A stretch of DNA of 64,000 nt from Pirellulales bacterium (GTDB lineage: Bacteria > Planctomycetota > Planctomycetia > Pirellulales > JAGQOS01): positions 2,928 to 66,927 of the forward strand of contig JANQPJ010000187.1 in assembly GCA_028289525.1 (NCBI GenBank), given 5' to 3'. How positions within the stretch are numbered: the first letter of the stretch is position 1; the number at the start of each line of letters is the position of its first letter. The notes below the pieces were generated by a model. The model saw only the letters and a list, made by a program, of their open reading frames with translations, was not told the origin of the DNA and did no database searches. This document shows, in pieces, positions 61,410 to 64,000 of this stretch. The translations under genes and the position numbers were made by a program.

Positions 61410-62444
61410 TCAATCAAAGCCGACGGCGGATATTCGGGTAAGTCGCGGAAAACTATGACTAAACGTCAATGTCGAATCGCTCGGAAGCCGCTCAAACTGC
61501 GGTTTTGGCTCAGTTGGATTGGTGACGTTGATAGACAGCCTCGGAGTTGGCATCGCGGCTTCGACGATTTGTAGATACAAGTCGAAGGCGTATTCGGACG
61601 TAAAAAATCGTGGTGCTTGCCGTAGCTGGGCAAGTTCGAGCACAGGGTGTGGACGGTCTACGTTGGGGCCAGCAAGAAGAACAAAACTGAAGCTTGGAGA
61701 TTCGAGGGCGGGACACTCTGCACTTGCATAGCCGAGGCGAAGATGTCGATATTCTTTGACTGGAATCGTAGCATGCCTGTCCGTTCCAAGAGTCACGCCG
61801 AGTGTTGAGTTGGAATAGTTGATTGACCTTATAATGCCTCGCGTTCCGGCTCTAACTCCCAGTTCAAGGTCATCCTTACTGAAAAAAATTTGGTCGCCAA
61901 CATAAGCTGTCACGCGAGATGTAGTCTTGCCAGAGGGTGCAGAGTCTTCGATGAGAATGGAAGACAATTCATTTAACAAGTCAGTCTTTAGCCGTCTCTG
62001 CTGGCAAAGGTGGTTGAGGGTTTCGACATAGCTGCCGGAAGGAGCCACGATAGTTTTCGCTTGGGGAGGGTCGAAAGTTTCCCAAACGGAGACTAGTTTA
62101 CGCATTGCTTGTATGTCGGTGGGAGATGTGAAGGCCCTCCGGCTCTTGTCGCTTAGTACAAGGACGTTACCAACTGTTGCCGTAAGCAAGGCTTTAGTCG
62201 CCTCACGAAGCTGTTTCCCAAAGGTCAGATTACTTGATGGCAGTTTGTATCCAAAAGTGTGACTGCCACCGAGATGCTTTTGAACTTCCCAATCATTGAT
62301 TTCGGGCGAGTTCGAATTCTCTATTATTCTGACTGTTGCCGTTGGTGCAAAGTGAATATTGACATTAGGGCGTGGGGTGCCAAGCGGCACAGAAATGTCG
62401 ATTTGTTGTGGGAGATGTGTGTTCGTGCCGTCCATCTTTGCCAT
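61410..62444 (-). CDS. Hypothetical protein resembling the C-terminal half of RecD/TraA-type helicases (no Walker A seen)
   Basis: 344 aa. YVGDQIFFSKDDLELGVRAGTRGIIRSI resembles the SH3-like insert (GDRV.F..ND..LGV.NG..G.V). YRHLRLGYA resembles the ...LAYA.T.HK.QG region but is degenerate. Weak call. Confidence 0.4.
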   Translation of the reverse strand: MAKMDGTNTHLPQQIDISVPLGTPRPNVNIHFAPTATVRIIENSNSPEINDWEVQKHLGGSHTFGYKLPSSNLTFGKQLREATKALLTATVGNVLVLSDKSRRAFTSPTDIQAMRKLVSVWETFDPPQAKTIVAPSGSYVETLNHLCQQRRLKTDLLNELSSILIEDSAPSGKTTSRVTAYVGDQIFFSKDDLELGVRAGTRGIIRSINYSNSTLGVTLGTDRHATIPVKEYRHLRLGYASAECPALESPSFSFVLLAGPNVDRPHPVLELAQLRQAPRFFTSEYAFDLYLQIVEAAMPTPRLSINVTNPTEPKPQFERLPSDSTLTFSHSFPRLTRISAVGFD

Positions 62445-62575
62445 TAGACAAGAGTAGCACGATGCAGATTCCTAAACAAAAGCGAATCAAATTGGAATTA
62501 GGATGAAACGGGTTGATTCTGTCGGCACCGGAAAAAATTTTCCCTTTCCGAACTTGTTCGCTAATTGCGTACAGC

Positions 62576-64000
62576 CTATTTATCGTCCGGCCAGTTGTAC
62601 TTGTCTTCGTAGTTGGACCGTCGAAAAAGATGTTTGGTGTTTTCCCATTCGTCGTCCGTGAGGTCGTCTTCAACGGTCGACTGTGGCTCAAGCACTTGCT
62701 CAACATCCCCCGATGATTCATCCGATTGCTGAATAGTCTTACCGGCTGACCTTTGAGAAGTTTCGTTGACAGGTGTGGATGCGGCATTGTGCTCATCTCT
62801 TGAGAAGCCAAGGAGTTCGAGTGCAGCAAAAGTGTCTTCTGGAAACACAGTTTTATTGGATGGGAGAGCGTCGAATGGACTACTATCGAAGTACGGCTCT
62901 TGCAGTAGATAAGAAGAATCCAATTTTGGTCGGATTGCGACCTGCCGGACCTGTTTTTGCTCTGGCCTGTCGTTCACCATGGTCGCCCGCGCGTGAAGGT
63001 AAGCTTGCCTGGATTCTTTGGCCGCGTCAGTCGTTGCAAACAATTCAGTACCAGGGATGTGTCCTCTATATGGTGGATGGGAGAGACTCTTGAAATAAGC
63101 CGTTAAACCGGCGGTTTTTGTAGTTGGAGAAAGGTTCTGAATGTCGGCACGCGTGACAATCGGACGTTCCTTTTCGGTGTAACCTTCTGTGACCGAGGTG
63201 CGTTCATCACCTTCCGTCTTGCTGCGTCGTTCGACAAGAATTTTCTGATTGGAAAACACGCGTGATGCCCACTCGGCCGTCTCCGTGCTTGTGTTCGCAA
63301 GAAAAGCAAAATGCCCGCACGTTTCAAGGATGTCCTTCGTCGCAGTTCCATAAGTTTCGGCTAAGGCCGCAATTCCGTGAATACCTAGAACCAGTGTCAC
63401 CCCATAGCTCGCACCCGTGTTAAGCAATCGCGGAAGGTTCTGGATATATCCGAATTGCTGAAGTTCGTCGAGGACGAGTAGGGTGTTCTCTTTGGATTTA
63501 GTTGCAGGGTCAAGAAGTGAGTCAGTGAGTATGCCGAGCAATACACAGTTAAGTTCCTTCATCTGTCCCTGATATGCTTGATTGTTACCCAAAATTACAC
63601 TACCCGTCCCCGACTTCGCCCATTCTCGGAGACTAACCTTTTTGCTGGCATGCGACCATGCGGCGGCAATCGGTTGTAAACGTCGAGTCATGGTACTGAG
63701 ATAAGACAGAAGGTCGTCGGAGCTTTTGTGTTGGCCGTCGATGTCTGTCTTGATAATGCCCTGGCCTTTGGGCGTGGCGGCTAGAATGGCTCGAACATTT
63801 TCTGGACAGCACGCGGCTACGAAGTGTAAAAAATCCCAAGTGTCGCCAGCAAGTGTGTTCAAACACTCAAAAATGGCAATGTATAGTTCACGAACAACAG
63901 CGACACCAAACTGAAATTTCCCTTTCGCCCCACCTGCAACGTCAGGCAAGAAATAGTCTGCGACCGCAGCGCGGGTGGCAGGAGTTTGCACGTCCTTGGC
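62576..64000 (-). CDS. Type IV secretion coupling protein (VirD4/TraD/TraG family), N-terminus beyond the window
   Basis: The frame stays open to nt 64000. Walker B region NTLLVLDELQQFGYIQNLPRLLNTGASYGVTLVLGIHGIAALAETYG. Walker A is not in the window. Confidence 0.8.
   Translation of the reverse strand, partial: AKDVQTPATRAAVADYFLPDVAGGAKGKFQFGVAVVRELYIAIFECLNTLAGDTWDFLHFVAACCPENVRAILAATPKGQGIIKTDIDGQHKSSDDLLSYLSTMTRRLQPIAAAWSHASKKVSLREWAKSGTGSVILGNNQAYQGQMKELNCVLLGILTDSLLDPATKSKENTLLVLDELQQFGYIQNLPRLLNTGASYGVTLVLGIHGIAALAETYGTATKDILETCGHFAFLANTSTETAEWASRVFSNQKILVERRSKTEGDERTSVTEGYTEKERPIVTRADIQNLSPTTKTAGLTAYFKSLSHPPYRGHIPGTELFATTDAAKESRQAYLHARATMVNDRPEQKQVRQVAIRPKLDSSYLLQEPYFDSSPFDALPSNKTVFPEDTFAALELLGFSRDEHNAASTPVNETSQRSAGKTIQQSDESSGDVEQVLEPQSTVEDDLTDDEWENTKHLFRRSNYEDKYNWPDDK

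Overview
All protein-family calls below come from reading the translations and from memory; no database search or computation was possible. The window looks like a Planctomycetota (Pirellulales-like) chromosome. That inference rests on a DUF1553/DUF1501 gene pair, HYExAFE, DNRLRE and MORN-variant proteins, and many ECF-type genes.

It splits into two very different parts.

(1) nt 1-41,280 is ordinary core chromosome. It carries housekeeping genes: hisS, panC, folK, lgt, a hemD-hemE fusion, tex, hsp20, an ECF sigma/anti-sigma pair and a CaCA antiporter. Almost every intergenic spacer is occupied by members of at least six families of short structured repeats (labelled A-G here; C and D are treated as one superfamily). 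These are MITE-like elements with terminal inverted repeats, or 26-34 bp perfect hairpins. They often sit directly after stop codons, and some create spurious ORF extensions.

(2) A tRNA-Arg(ACG) gene lies at 41,288-41,361, preceded by a frameshifted ISKra4-like transposase remnant. From there an integrated mobile element of at least 22.6 kb runs to the right window edge; its right end is not in the window. GC is visibly lower: spot counts of a few lines give roughly 50% against roughly 60% or more in core genes.

The element contains:
- a tyrosine integrase and an excisionase-type HTH
- two ParE/RelE-type toxin-antitoxin pairs
- a plasmid-like ParA / RHH / Rep module
- an ArdC-type anti-restriction gene heading a string of small unknown genes
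- an atypical (Asp-to-Glu) receiver protein
- a Flp-type pilin and a PEP-CTERM protein
- a degenerate RecD-like protein
- a VirD4/TraD-type coupling protein cut by the window edge

The most unusual single feature is a ~1.7 kb ORF-free, stem-loop-dense segment (48.43-50.16 kb) inside the element, with a terminator-like 3' end. I propose it as a candidate large structured RNA or an origin region. No rRNA genes or CRISPR arrays were seen.
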